A stretch of DNA of 64,000 nucleotides from Hellea sp. (GTDB lineage: Bacteria; Pseudomonadota; Alphaproteobacteria; Caulobacterales; Maricaulaceae), in assembly GCA_020629875.1 (NCBI GenBank), contig JAHDCL010000001.1:11953-75952 (forward strand). Direction: 5' to 3'. The notes under the pieces were generated by a model that saw nothing but the letters and a program-made list of their open reading frames with translations, did not search any database and was not told the origin of the DNA. Made by a program: the position numbers and the translations under genes. The stretch's first letter is position 1, and the number at the start of each line of letters is the position of its first letter. Positions 49,250 through 59,020 of this stretch are shown in pieces.

Positions 49250-51295
49250 ATGAATACTCTGTTGTTAATCGCCGGTTCTGTTGTTCCATCTTTTATGATT
49301 GGATTTGGGATTCGGAAGTTCACACTGAAATGGGAAAATAAAGCCACCTTTGCCAAGGAAGAAGCGGCATTGCAAGCTGAGCAACTTGAGGCAACGGTCT
49401 CTGCCTCTTTAGATGGAATTATTATCATTGATGCCAATGGATTAATATTGGAATTCAGTGAGTCCGCGGAGAGAATATTCGGTTACAAGAAAGAAGATAT
49501 TTTGGGCAAATCAATGGCAGAGTTGATAGTTCCAGAGCGATATAGAAATGCCCATAATGCCGGTATGGAACGCATGCGAGCAACGGGTAAGGCAAATATC
49601 TTAGGGCAGCGAATTGAGATTGAGGCGATGAGGGCAAATGGCGAAGAGTTTATGTCAGAACTTGCTATTTCGCGGAGTCGCAGCTCTTCAGGAGATATAT
49701 TTATCGCCTATATTCGAGATATTTCTGAGGCCAAAGCCGCTGAGAAAGCGCTCCGGGATGCTAAAGAAAGCGCGGAGATGGCCAATCAAGCTAAAACACA
49801 ATTTATCTCTGCAATGAGTCACGAAATTCGTACGCCCTTCAATGCTGTTTTGGGAATTTTGGATATCCTAGGGGACACAAATTTAACAGTTGATCAAAGG
49901 CAGCTCATTCAAACCGCAGAAAAAACATCGCAATCATTGCTTCGCATCATCAACGATGTTTTAGACTACGCCCGAATTTCATCAGGTTCGGCCAAAATCG
50001 TCAATGAACCATTCCATGCGCCCAGCGTGTTTGACGATGTTTACCGACTATTTGCGATGCAAGCGAAAGAAAGAAGTATTGAATTAAATATTATCGGAGA
50101 CGGAGCTGACAATGTTTACCTGTCAGGAGACTCTGGCCGTATTCGTCAAATTCTAATGAATTTTGTAAGCAACGCCATCAAGTATACGAGCGACTGCAAA
50201 GTAGATCTCATTGTGGAGACGCAAAAAGGCTCGGATGGCCTTTATGCATTGATTTGCAAGGTTAAGGATCGTGGTCAGGGCATTAGTGAAGAAAAACAAA
50301 ACCGCCTTTTTGATGAATTTTATATGGCAGATGACGTTGATACAAGAACCACTGAGGGCACTGGGCTTGGGCTATCTATTTGTAAAACACTGACAGAGAT
50401 GATGGATGGCACAATCGGCGTTGATAGCCAAATAGGGAATGGATCAACATTTTGGATAAATATACCTCTCCAAAAAACTAACGAAATTGTTGCTCCCGCT
50501 GATGCTAGTGTCCCAATGGAAAGTATTGAGGGGAAGCGAGTATTACTTGCTGAAGATAATGCAACAAACCGTATGGTGGTCAGCCGCATATTGGAGAAGA
50601 AGGGTGTTGTTCTCACCATAGCCAAAAATGGGGCCGAGGCTCTATCCTATTTAAACACGTCGGGTTTTGACTTGTTATTGACTGATATATTCATGCCCGA
50701 AATGGGAGGTAAGGAGTTAGTAGAAGTCTTACGCTCTGGCGAGAGCGCAAATGCGAAAATTCCCGTCATCGCTTTAACAGCCATGGGAGATATTCACGAA
50801 GCTGAAGAGCTAAAAACCTATGGTATAAATCGTGTCATTCTAAAGCCATTTAGTTCGCAGGAACTCATTCGTGCTATCGGAGATGAGTGCGCTGCTTTCA
50901 AAAATAAGCATGAGTGTGAGGAGAAAATTGAGATGGCGGAAGAGGTGTTTGAGCTAACGATGTCGGGAGGTCTCTTGGAGGGGCTCGATTCAGACGACTT
51001 GGCTGCAATTAAAGAACAATTTAGAACAGATTTAGAGGCTACCACAGATATGCTTCGCGAAGCATTAGCCGTTGGCGACTTTGACATGGTCCAGCGCGCT
51101 AGCCACACCTTAAAAGGCTTATCCGGTCTTTACGGACTGAATGCGCTGTCCGACGCAGCGGCGTTAACGAATTCTCATTGTTCTGATGATACCGTAACGG
51201 AAATGGTGAAGCATGGGACGAGAGCTGTAAAAATAGCCGATGTTACCTTGTTAAAATTAGACGACCTCTTTGGTAAAAATGAGGAGGCGGCATAG
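49250..51295 (+). CDS. Hybrid sensor kinase TM-PAS-HisKA-HATPase-REC-Hpt
   Basis: MSHEIRTP, NAIKYT, GTGLGL, LAEDN/LTDIFMP and ASHTLKG. Confidence 0.92.
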   Translation: MNTLLLIAGSVVPSFMIGFGIRKFTLKWENKATFAKEEAALQAEQLEATVSASLDGIIIIDANGLILEFSESAERIFGYKKEDILGKSMAELIVPERYRNAHNAGMERMRATGKANILGQRIEIEAMRANGEEFMSELAISRSRSSSGDIFIAYIRDISEAKAAEKALRDAKESAEMANQAKTQFISAMSHEIRTPFNAVLGILDILGDTNLTVDQRQLIQTAEKTSQSLLRIINDVLDYARISSGSAKIVNEPFHAPSVFDDVYRLFAMQAKERSIELNIIGDGADNVYLSGDSGRIRQILMNFVSNAIKYTSDCKVDLIVETQKGSDGLYALICKVKDRGQGISEEKQNRLFDEFYMADDVDTRTTEGTGLGLSICKTLTEMMDGTIGVDSQIGNGSTFWINIPLQKTNEIVAPADASVPMESIEGKRVLLAEDNATNRMVVSRILEKKGVVLTIAKNGAEALSYLNTSGFDLLLTDIFMPEMGGKELVEVLRSGESANAKIPVIALTAMGDIHEAEELKTYGINRVILKPFSSQELIRAIGDECAAFKNKHECEEKIEMAEEVFELTMSGGLLEGLDSDDLAAIKEQFRTDLEATTDMLREALAVGDFDMVQRASHTLKGLSGLYGLNALSDAAALTNSHCSDDTVTEMVKHGTRAVKIADVTLLKLDDLFGKNEEAA

Positions 51296-51303
51296 GTGAA
51301 AAA

Positions 51304-52767
51304 ATGGCTGGAGCGGACGCAACACCCGATGTGTTGATTATTGAAGATACATTATCCATGGCGTTAATGTATCAACAGCATCTAAAAAAAGCAGGGATTA
51401 GCTCTCAGATTTGTCAGTCCGGGCGTCACGCTCTTATTGAACTTCGCAAGGGCAATGTGACCACAGTGCTTTTGGATCTGCAACTCCCAGATATGAACGG
51501 TTTAGATATCATCCGAGAGATGGAGGGTACAAACCACAATATCACTTTTATCGTTATTACAGCGAACGGGTCCGTTAACACTGCCGTGGATGCCATGCGC
51601 TCAGGCGCCTATGATTTTTTGATCAAGCCATTTCCAACGGAAAAGCTATTGACCACTGTTAAAAATGCTTTGGAGCGAACAGAACTGACAACCACCGTAA
51701 AAGTGCTAAAGCAAGGCTTGAGCACCTCGTCTATTCCGGGGTTCGTCGGAGAGTCGGCACCAATGTTAGCCGTCTATAAGATGATTGAAAATGTTGCTGA
51801 TTCTAATGCGGCCGTTTTCATCACGGGTGAGTCAGGGACCGGCAAAGAGGTGACCGCGCAAGCGATACATAAAGTTAGTCAAAGGCGGGATGCTCCCTTC
51901 ATCGCATTGAATTGTGCAGCGCTTCCTGAAAACTTAATCGAATCCGAAATTTTCGGACATGTGAAAGGCGCATTTACAGGCGCACAAGAGGCAAGAAAAG
52001 GCGCAGCTAGTCAGGCGAATGGCGGGACGCTTTTCCTTGATGAAATTTGTGAAATGGACATCGGTCTTCAAGCAAAGTTACTTCGGTTCTTGCAAACGGG
52101 TCAGATCAAACGCGTCGGTAGCGACTGGTCAGAAGATGTTGATGTCAGGATTGTCTGCGCGACGAACCGAAACCCTGTGGTGGAAGTTGCGGAGAAGAGA
52201 TTCCGTGAAGATTTGTTTTATCGCTTAGATGTTTTATCAATTGAGCTTCCGCCGCTTTCTCATCGCGGGAGAGATGTAATCCTATTAGGCGAGAGCTTTC
52301 TACGCACCTATTCTGCTGAGGAAGGTAAAGAGTTCAAGTCTATCGCTCCTGCAACACAAGATTTGATGCTGGATTATCATTGGCCTGGAAACATCCGAGA
52401 GCTTCAAAACACCATCCGAAAAGCGGCGGTTGTGCATGATGGTGTCACATTAGAACCTCACATGATATCGCTGAATTCCGCTCGGCCTTCGGCCTCCAGA
52501 GGCGACTATCAATTGATTGGCATGGCCGAATCCAAAAGCATTTTAACGCCAAAAGAGTCCTTAAAAACAACATTTACTTTAGATATTCACCAGCCAATGG
52601 CTAATATTGAGCGCGACATTATCGAAGCTGTTATTGCCTCTTGCAATGGGAGTATTCCTAAGGCGTCTCAGATCCTTGAACTCAGCCCATCTACGATTTA
52701 CCGAAAGCGTGAGGCTTGGAGTCAAAGAGAGCAAGAGGTTCTCATATCCTCGAATATTTCGGCCTAG
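51304..52767 (+). CDS. LuxO-like sigma54-dependent response regulator
   Basis: IEDT..MA..Y, GESGTGKE, GAFTGA, FLDEICEMD, LLRFLQTG; HTH IPKA...LELSPSTIYRK..W as in Vibrio LuxO. Confidence 0.9.
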   Translation: MAGADATPDVLIIEDTLSMALMYQQHLKKAGISSQICQSGRHALIELRKGNVTTVLLDLQLPDMNGLDIIREMEGTNHNITFIVITANGSVNTAVDAMRSGAYDFLIKPFPTEKLLTTVKNALERTELTTTVKVLKQGLSTSSIPGFVGESAPMLAVYKMIENVADSNAAVFITGESGTGKEVTAQAIHKVSQRRDAPFIALNCAALPENLIESEIFGHVKGAFTGAQEARKGAASQANGGTLFLDEICEMDIGLQAKLLRFLQTGQIKRVGSDWSEDVDVRIVCATNRNPVVEVAEKRFREDLFYRLDVLSIELPPLSHRGRDVILLGESFLRTYSAEEGKEFKSIAPATQDLMLDYHWPGNIRELQNTIRKAAVVHDGVTLEPHMISLNSARPSASRGDYQLIGMAESKSILTPKESLKTTFTLDIHQPMANIERDIIEAVIASCNGSIPKASQILELSPSTIYRKREAWSQREQEVLISSNISA

Positions 52768-52831
52768 CGGAGTGGAGCTCTAATCAGGATACCGATAATA
52801 ATTAGGTTAGGATTGAAATTACGAAGCCTAT

Positions 52832-52857
52832 AAGGACGCTTAACGCGTCCTTTTTTT
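52832..52857 (+). terminator. Intrinsic terminator after the luxO-like gene
   Basis: AAGGACGC-TTAAC-GCGTCC-T7. Confidence 0.85.
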
Positions 52858-53038
52858 GGGTCCGATAAACGTAATCATAAAAGTTGGAGAGTACCTCCTC
52901 TTGGGGCAAGTTGGCTAGTTAGGCCAAAAGAGGTGGCACTCCCCTCCCATGATGCAGCTGGCCACACATGCCCTGCTAGACACAGGAGGCGCGACCCAAC
53001 CGCAGGGATGCATTATGTCTTCAAGACAAATCGGGTTT

Positions 53039-54499
53039 TTACGTTGTGGAATTGACAGGCGCTTGGCAGGTCGGGACGATGCCAATACTTTGTTGTAATC
53101 GAGCTTTTGCTGTATGGAGCTCTGCACGTGCTAACTGTTCCCGAATTAAGGAAAGCTCTCGCATCAATTCCTCTTTTACGAGATAGGTTTCTGGCTTATT
53201 CCCAGACTGAACATCAGTGTTTAAATCTTCAGTTATTTCGCCTTGTACAGAAAGCGCTTTCCAAGCGAGGCTTAGATCATAGTCAAGTTTTTTAACTTGC
53301 TCTCGGGCAATCATGACCTGTGCCATAATCGCGCTAGCTAAGATTTCTGTTTCGTGTTTGTCTTTGGCTAAGGCATATTTGCCGTTACGTTTTGTTTCAC
53401 CAATTTGGCCAAGTCTTAGCAGGTCCCAACTCAAGCTTGCGCCAGCGGAAGCAAAATTTGAATTTAGGACAAAACTGTTTGACGTGCTGTTTGCACCGAA
53501 AAAGATGCGCATGGCGGGCAAATGACGCCACAAGTCCTCCTGATTTTTAAGTGTAGTCAAATCCGATTTATATAATGATTGGCGAATTTCTGGACGATTT
53601 TTATAGGCCTCAGAGATTAGGCTGACGGCATCTAATTCGCCGAGCTCTCCCAAATCTGCTGGTAGGCGTTTGGATTCCAGAGTGAACTCTGTGCCCGCAG
53701 GAACGTTCATTAATCGCGCTAACTCAGGTTTTGCAGAAACTAACGATCGATAGAACGACTGGTACCATCTGTTTATATCTATCAGCTCACGTTGGAACAT
53801 GAGTTCTTGGAGTTTGGAATCAGGATTTTCATTCGCGCGTTTTTGGGAAAGATCTAGCGCATAGGTGACACGGCTTTTGAGCCAATCCGACTTTTTTTCA
53901 GCGCGCTCAAAGGCTACCGATCGCCAGTATGCATTTTCAACATCGACAACTAATTTGTTACAGAGATATTGGTTTTGCTCATTGTCGGAAAATGCATTTA
54001 ACGCACGCCGGTTTGCTTTAAAGCCGCTTAGGCCCACTTCCAGTAAATCCCAGCTAGCGGTGAAGTTGGAAACGGTTATGGACCGATCTTGGGCTGTGTA
54101 AAAATCTTCAGGCATAGCACTTGATGCGTCTTCCACCTTAACCCCAACAGAGGCGTCAACATTATTGCGCCAGGTGCCATAGCTGTTCGCGTAAACTTTC
54201 GGGAGGATGTCCTTTCCCCGATGTCCGGCTTTTCGGAGTGCTTCCATTAACTGGGATTGAGCTCGTCTATATTCGGAATTGTGGGTGAGCGTGCGTTTAC
54301 GTACTTGGTCAATACTAAGTGGTTCGGAAGATTCCAGTGGCGCTGCGTCGGGCCTAAGCGCCTTGTCGCTCATATTCGCAAGATTGTTAGAATCGTATCG
54401 AACTGCAGTCGTGGCGCATCCTGTCAAGCTGAAGCCCGCCAGAAGGCAACCTGATAGCAAAATCGACTTAAGTCCAGATTTTTTAAATTTGAAAGTCAT
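53039..54499 (-). CDS. TolC-family outer-membrane lipoprotein
   Basis: Lipobox LTGC; two SWDLL repeats, AYWR and RPEI. Confidence 0.8.
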   Translation of the reverse strand: MTFKFKKSGLKSILLSGCLLAGFSLTGCATTAVRYDSNNLANMSDKALRPDAAPLESSEPLSIDQVRKRTLTHNSEYRRAQSQLMEALRKAGHRGKDILPKVYANSYGTWRNNVDASVGVKVEDASSAMPEDFYTAQDRSITVSNFTASWDLLEVGLSGFKANRRALNAFSDNEQNQYLCNKLVVDVENAYWRSVAFERAEKKSDWLKSRVTYALDLSQKRANENPDSKLQELMFQRELIDINRWYQSFYRSLVSAKPELARLMNVPAGTEFTLESKRLPADLGELGELDAVSLISEAYKNRPEIRQSLYKSDLTTLKNQEDLWRHLPAMRIFFGANSTSNSFVLNSNFASAGASLSWDLLRLGQIGETKRNGKYALAKDKHETEILASAIMAQVMIAREQVKKLDYDLSLAWKALSVQGEITEDLNTDVQSGNKPETYLVKEELMRELSLIREQLARAELHTAKARLQQSIGIVPTCQAPVNSTT

Positions 54500-54528
54500 T
54501 CATATACTCCATTTTTCGGAATATACAT

Positions 54529-54544
54529 TGCAATCCACAGACCA
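54529..54544 (-). promoter_or_regulatory. sigma54 promoter (TGGTCTGTGGATTGCA)
   Basis: GG-N10-GC 30 bp upstream of the tolC-like ATG. Confidence 0.7.
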
Positions 54545-54560
54545 GTTATGGAGCTATAAA

Positions 54561-54573
54561 AATCAATGACTTA
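54561..54573 (+). promoter_or_regulatory. IHF binding site (AATCAATGACTTA)
   Basis: Exact WATCAANNNNTTR between enhancer and sigma54 promoter. Confidence 0.6.
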
Positions 54574-54606
54574 GATAGTTAAAGTAGGGTAAATTTGGCC
54601 AGTTCA

Positions 54607-54640
54607 TTGCAAAATGCACTGCGCTCATTGCAGAATGCAA
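54607..54640. promoter_or_regulatory. LuxO-type enhancer pair
   Basis: TTGCAAAATGCAC at 54607 and TTGCAGAATGCAA at 54628, 21 bp apart. Confidence 0.75.
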
Positions 54641-54678
54641 AGAAGGGGTAAAAGGTTAGCGCCAATACCTGTCATCCT

Positions 54679-57600
54679 TTAGTCTAGCGGGCGGTAGATC
54701 ATTGCGTCGTAATCTAGGAGGATCTGGCCGCTGCCATTTTGTAGTTTTATCGCTGGTGGCCACAAGGGAGGGTTGGTGATCGAACTATCAACCCCATTGA
54801 TCCGAATTGGTTGTCTGGAAACATCGGTTAATTTGAGAATAGGCCCAAGGGGTATGTTTACTTGTCGCGCTTCTCCTGGAATCAAGTTGTTTTGAAGATA
54901 GAAGGGCTCCACCCACACTAATTTGCCCTCGGCATTAATATAACTTAGCTTCAGTTGTAATGTGCTCACAATCTGGGCGCCCTCATTGGATATATTGAGC
55001 TGAACAGCCTGACCATCTAAATGATCGATAAGCTTCAGTTCCGACAAGCGCAGTGATTTATAGTAGTTCGGCGAACATACAGTCGTGGATAAGTCCAATG
55101 AAAAACTGTTAGGCAGGTTCTCCAATTCTGCAACGCTAAAGTGGTCGGGGTCATAGGCAGCATTCAAGGGTTGGTCCTGTATTTTTAGGTATCCTTCAAA
55201 ATCAATGCGGAAAGCGGAGTCCTCCCCAGGTAATAGTCTATGTGCTCCCACTCTCCCAGCGTGTTGTTCAAGCGTGACTGGAGAATCTGGTGAGAATGTC
55301 TTTGACAATATCTTCGAGCAGGTGGGAAATTGAGAAATATTTCTAATTCGTCCAACCACATACATTCGTCCTTCATGCTCAACGAACTCCGCTGCAACGA
55401 GTTCAATTTTTGGGCGAGCCAAGCGCTGTATAGGGTCAGTTCGTGTCAAAATCCGTTGTGCTGTCAAATCTCTAAATTGAGGACTACTCTCGGTATTGAT
55501 AAGGTTGTCCGCGATTAATTTTTCGGGCGCTTCGTAATTTATCTGCCACCGACCATTAGCGCTCAGATTTAGCGTTAGATTCGACTGAACTAAACGCGTG
55601 CCAATGGATGTTAGATAGGTGAGGGTTGAGCGAATATTGGCGGTTTTATTGTTGTGGAGTTCGATATCACTATGCGTAACAGCTGTTAGCTTTCCGTATG
55701 AGGGAACGAGGCCCCCTGTGAGCTTTTGGATGCGAAGGAACTGCCCATAATCCAAATCCGGATTGGACTTAACCAGTCCAAAAGCGGCATTTGTCTCGCG
55801 AAAATCCAAGTGCTGATAAAACTGTTCAACCGTCTTTTCTGGTGAAAGAGGTTTTTGGCGCTCGCTAATTATCAAAAAAACAAAAGCTGAGCAGGTAATA
55901 GCAAAGATGCAGGGGACCAAGCGGGTGAATAGGACAAGTCTTTTTGAAGTCAATTGGATGGGTTTCGCAGTTTTGCCTTCGGAAAAGGATATTGATTTGG
56001 CGGAAATCAAATTTTGGGTTAGGGCCAGACCAAGTAGGGTTATCAATCCTAGGCCCAAAGCTCCAATCGGCAAAGTACCCCACATTATTCTTTGATATCG
56101 AGGTAATTCTCGTTTCGCGCGAATATCTGGCAAAGGAGAAATGTCGGGCTTCTCCCAAACATTAATACCATTGTTTAGCCGCGTGACCGGGTTCCAGCCA
56201 GTATAGTGCAGAACGGGGTCATAAAATTCATCATTCGAAAAAATGTATTTAAGGTGGAATTTCTCCGCATTTGTGAGAAATTGATTAAGGGAGGCTAGTC
56301 CTGGAACGCCAGCATATTTCGAGTTTTCCAAGCGCTCGACTGAATAATTCATCAAGCTCGGGAGGCGGCGGGCTGAGTGGTAATTGCCGTCCACTGACTC
56401 GGCCTTTATAAGCGCGCTATGATAGGCAAATTGGTCGCCGAACCCGAGCGTAAGATACCGCCAGTCAGAGTGGCGATCCTCATCCATGAATTTGACGATG
56501 GGCGCGGGGTCAATGAATTTCGGCTGTGTGGGTCTAAAGCTTGGTAAAAGAGCTGTCCCCACGGCAAAGCCAACATAACATACCACGATAAAGACCAATC
56601 CCGCACGGCTAAGGAATGGTCCAAAAGCTCTTTGTAAAAGTACTTGGCCCCTTCCTTCCCATAGAGACTGAACAGCGAGTCCGGCAAAAGGTAGGATTAG
56701 AATTGAAGCCCAAAAGGTGAACCTGTCTAGCGTCAAAATATGAAATGCTGGCCCCAACAATATTTTTGGGAAGGGTGTTGTCCCGCCGGTTCCCAAAAAA
56801 AGAGCAATTAACACAGATAATCCAAGAGGCCAAAGTGCAGATTTAAGCGACTTTTTGATTACGTAAGGTACTGTGAAGATGAGTAGCCCCCAAGGAATTA
56901 CAAAAAACATCAATCCCAAGTTAGGCTTTGCAATAAAGTTTTCTCTGCTCCCGTGCGGAATGCTTACTTGCGTTATTGGGTCTGTGATAGACCAATGCCA
57001 ATAGGGAAAGACGATCGTCACGATGAGTAAGAGCATACATAAACCCATAAAGACACCCCGAATAAGGGCAGGGGAAAGCCACTTAAGAGTGTCTATTGTG
57101 CTCTCAGGTTTTAAGTCTTGTCGATTTTTCAAGTTTGACAACCAAGCGGCAAGTCCGACCGGGGCGACGAAAAAAACAGTACCAAAAAGGGGAGTGACAT
57201 GGTGAACGGACGTTGTCGCCGCGGTCAAACAGATTCCTAAAAATAAATCTGTTCTTCTTCCATGTTCTATCCAGCCTGAAATATGTGGAATGGCATTGAG
57301 AAAAAGCGCAATTGATAGCGTGGTCGGTAATTGTCCAAATATATGTAGAGTTTCTGAGATACTTGTCGAAAAGGCGCATAGCATAGCCGCATAGGAGGCT
57401 GCTCTATCATTGACCCAAAGTCGGCTGAATCGAAAAACGCCAGTGATGAGTAACCCAACTGCCAGCAATTGAAGTAATATGAATGCGATGCGCATGTCCA
57501 TAAAGCGCATCAAAACTCCTAGTGCTTGGTGACTACCAGGAGGGTAAGCAGTGACGGTAAACCCTGTATACCAACGTGTCTCCCAAGGATCGAACCAGGA

Positions 57601-57732
57601 CTCTAAATAGTGATTGCCAAAGAACATGTGGATATAGGCATCATATGTTTGGCCATAGGTGAACGGCATCAAGGCCCCGTGAAACACGAGGCCCAGTAAA
57701 ATTGCTAAGTATGTCCACGAGCGAGGAGACAT
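54679..57732 (-). CDS. Large polytopic membrane protein, GT-C-like, with extracytoplasmic C-terminal domains
   Basis: TM1 then TYDAYIHMFF...W...WYTGF...YPP; about 12 TMs; C-terminal Ig-like repeats (GRIRN..., L.PGE). Confidence 0.65.
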   Translation of the reverse strand: MSPRSWTYLAILLGLVFHGALMPFTYGQTYDAYIHMFFGNHYLESWFDPWETRWYTGFTVTAYPPGSHQALGVLMRFMDMRIAFILLQLLAVGLLITGVFRFSRLWVNDRAASYAAMLCAFSTSISETLHIFGQLPTTLSIALFLNAIPHISGWIEHGRRTDLFLGICLTAATTSVHHVTPLFGTVFFVAPVGLAAWLSNLKNRQDLKPESTIDTLKWLSPALIRGVFMGLCMLLLIVTIVFPYWHWSITDPITQVSIPHGSRENFIAKPNLGLMFFVIPWGLLIFTVPYVIKKSLKSALWPLGLSVLIALFLGTGGTTPFPKILLGPAFHILTLDRFTFWASILILPFAGLAVQSLWEGRGQVLLQRAFGPFLSRAGLVFIVVCYVGFAVGTALLPSFRPTQPKFIDPAPIVKFMDEDRHSDWRYLTLGFGDQFAYHSALIKAESVDGNYHSARRLPSLMNYSVERLENSKYAGVPGLASLNQFLTNAEKFHLKYIFSNDEFYDPVLHYTGWNPVTRLNNGINVWEKPDISPLPDIRAKRELPRYQRIMWGTLPIGALGLGLITLLGLALTQNLISAKSISFSEGKTAKPIQLTSKRLVLFTRLVPCIFAITCSAFVFLIISERQKPLSPEKTVEQFYQHLDFRETNAAFGLVKSNPDLDYGQFLRIQKLTGGLVPSYGKLTAVTHSDIELHNNKTANIRSTLTYLTSIGTRLVQSNLTLNLSANGRWQINYEAPEKLIADNLINTESSPQFRDLTAQRILTRTDPIQRLARPKIELVAAEFVEHEGRMYVVGRIRNISQFPTCSKILSKTFSPDSPVTLEQHAGRVGAHRLLPGEDSAFRIDFEGYLKIQDQPLNAAYDPDHFSVAELENLPNSFSLDLSTTVCSPNYYKSLRLSELKLIDHLDGQAVQLNISNEGAQIVSTLQLKLSYINAEGKLVWVEPFYLQNNLIPGEARQVNIPLGPILKLTDVSRQPIRINGVDSSITNPPLWPPAIKLQNGSGQILLDYDAMIYRPLD

Positions 57733-57733
57733 T

Positions 57734-59020
57734 TTAAGTGTTTAAAGCCCTTCTACTGGTCGCTAGGACTGTTCCTAATAAGCTAACCGCGCAAAGGGTT
57801 TGAATGGCTAACTTTATGCTGAAGTATGAGTGTAAGCTTAAGTCTGGAAATAAGTGATTAACTACAGACAAAGAAATTAGCTGTGCAATTCCAAAAGTCA
57901 AAACCATGAACGCAGCCAGTTTTCGACCTCTAGCAATTTGGTAAATCGCGCAAAGGTGACTGATGATGAAGACAGCGCCTGTCAATGCGCTTACCCATAC
58001 AATTGGTGAAAGCTCGGCATAGTCTGTACCCAACATTATTTTCACGACCCATTGAGAGGAAGGGATAATTATCACGAGGGCGGCGATAGAAATAGTCGCT
58101 ATTCCTGCGAGCAGTAGAAAAAGTTCTCTTAGAGTGCTGCGACTATTTCCGTGTTGAGCAACATAGGGCTGAAGAATCGTTGAACAGGAAAGAAAGGCGA
58201 AAAAGAAAACGCGTTGGATTAGAAGGAGGCCTGCAACGAGCCCAGCCGCTTCAGGCGAGAAGAACGCTTTCGCTATGATAATGTCACTATCTAATATTAG
58301 GACTTGAGCGGTCTGCAATATAAGATACGGCAACGCCAATCCACCTAAGACTTTGGCTTCTTGAGCACTCGAGCCAAGCTCCGCTAATTGCTGAAGTTTG
58401 AAATCGCTTTTATCTGTCGAGAAGAGGAAGGCGGCAACTATGGAAAGACCGACAGCAATTGCGATGCCAGGTAGTCCAAGACCCATTTTCCAAAGCACGA
58501 GGCTCCCAAATAATCGCAATATCCACTCAGCCTGAATAGAAAGCACTATTTTGGGCACTTCAATGCGGCCCTGCGTTAATCCGCGATAGATGACCATAGG
58601 TAAGAAAAAGGGAATAGCCAATGCAAGTAATGACAGAGATATCGGGGATGAGAAGTTTAAAATAGACGAAAGCGCTTCACTCGATACAATAACGATAAAC
58701 ATCAGCGGAACTGATAGTTTCAAACTCTGAAGCGAGAAGACGCGAGCTTTTATTTTACCGACACTCTTGTATCTTTCCTTCGCTACGCGTTCTGCAAAAG
58801 CAAATTGCAAAGCGCCCAGAAATGATAGAACGCCTAATTTTAACGTCAGAAGTAGGGTCAAATCCGCGAAGAGGGCTGGGCCCATGAGCCTTGCAAAAAT
58901 CATATTGAATATGAGATTTGCGGCATTCGCAATATTCGCGGAAACGAATAAAATTGCTGCCGGCCCCAATATGGTGTTCTCTCTCAAGAGTTTTATTGGT
59001 TTCTTTGCAATGAGGGACAC
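57734..59020 (-). CDS. MOP/Wzx-like oligosaccharide flippase
   Basis: About 12 TMs; FARLMGP..F, RGLTQG and ILDSDIIIAK. Confidence 0.75.
   Translation of the reverse strand: MSLIAKKPIKLLRENTILGPAAILFVSANIANAANLIFNMIFARLMGPALFADLTLLLTLKLGVLSFLGALQFAFAERVAKERYKSVGKIKARVFSLQSLKLSVPLMFIVIVSSEALSSILNFSSPISLSLLALAIPFFLPMVIYRGLTQGRIEVPKIVLSIQAEWILRLFGSLVLWKMGLGLPGIAIAVGLSIVAAFLFSTDKSDFKLQQLAELGSSAQEAKVLGGLALPYLILQTAQVLILDSDIIIAKAFFSPEAAGLVAGLLLIQRVFFFAFLSCSTILQPYVAQHGNSRSTLRELFLLLAGIATISIAALVIIIPSSQWVVKIMLGTDYAELSPIVWVSALTGAVFIISHLCAIYQIARGRKLAAFMVLTFGIAQLISLSVVNHLFPDLSLHSYFSIKLAIQTLCAVSLLGTVLATSRRALNT

Noticed and set aside
52915-53127. 70-aa minus-strand ORF overlapping the tolC end
   Set aside because: Overlaps tolC out of frame, with no RBS or family features
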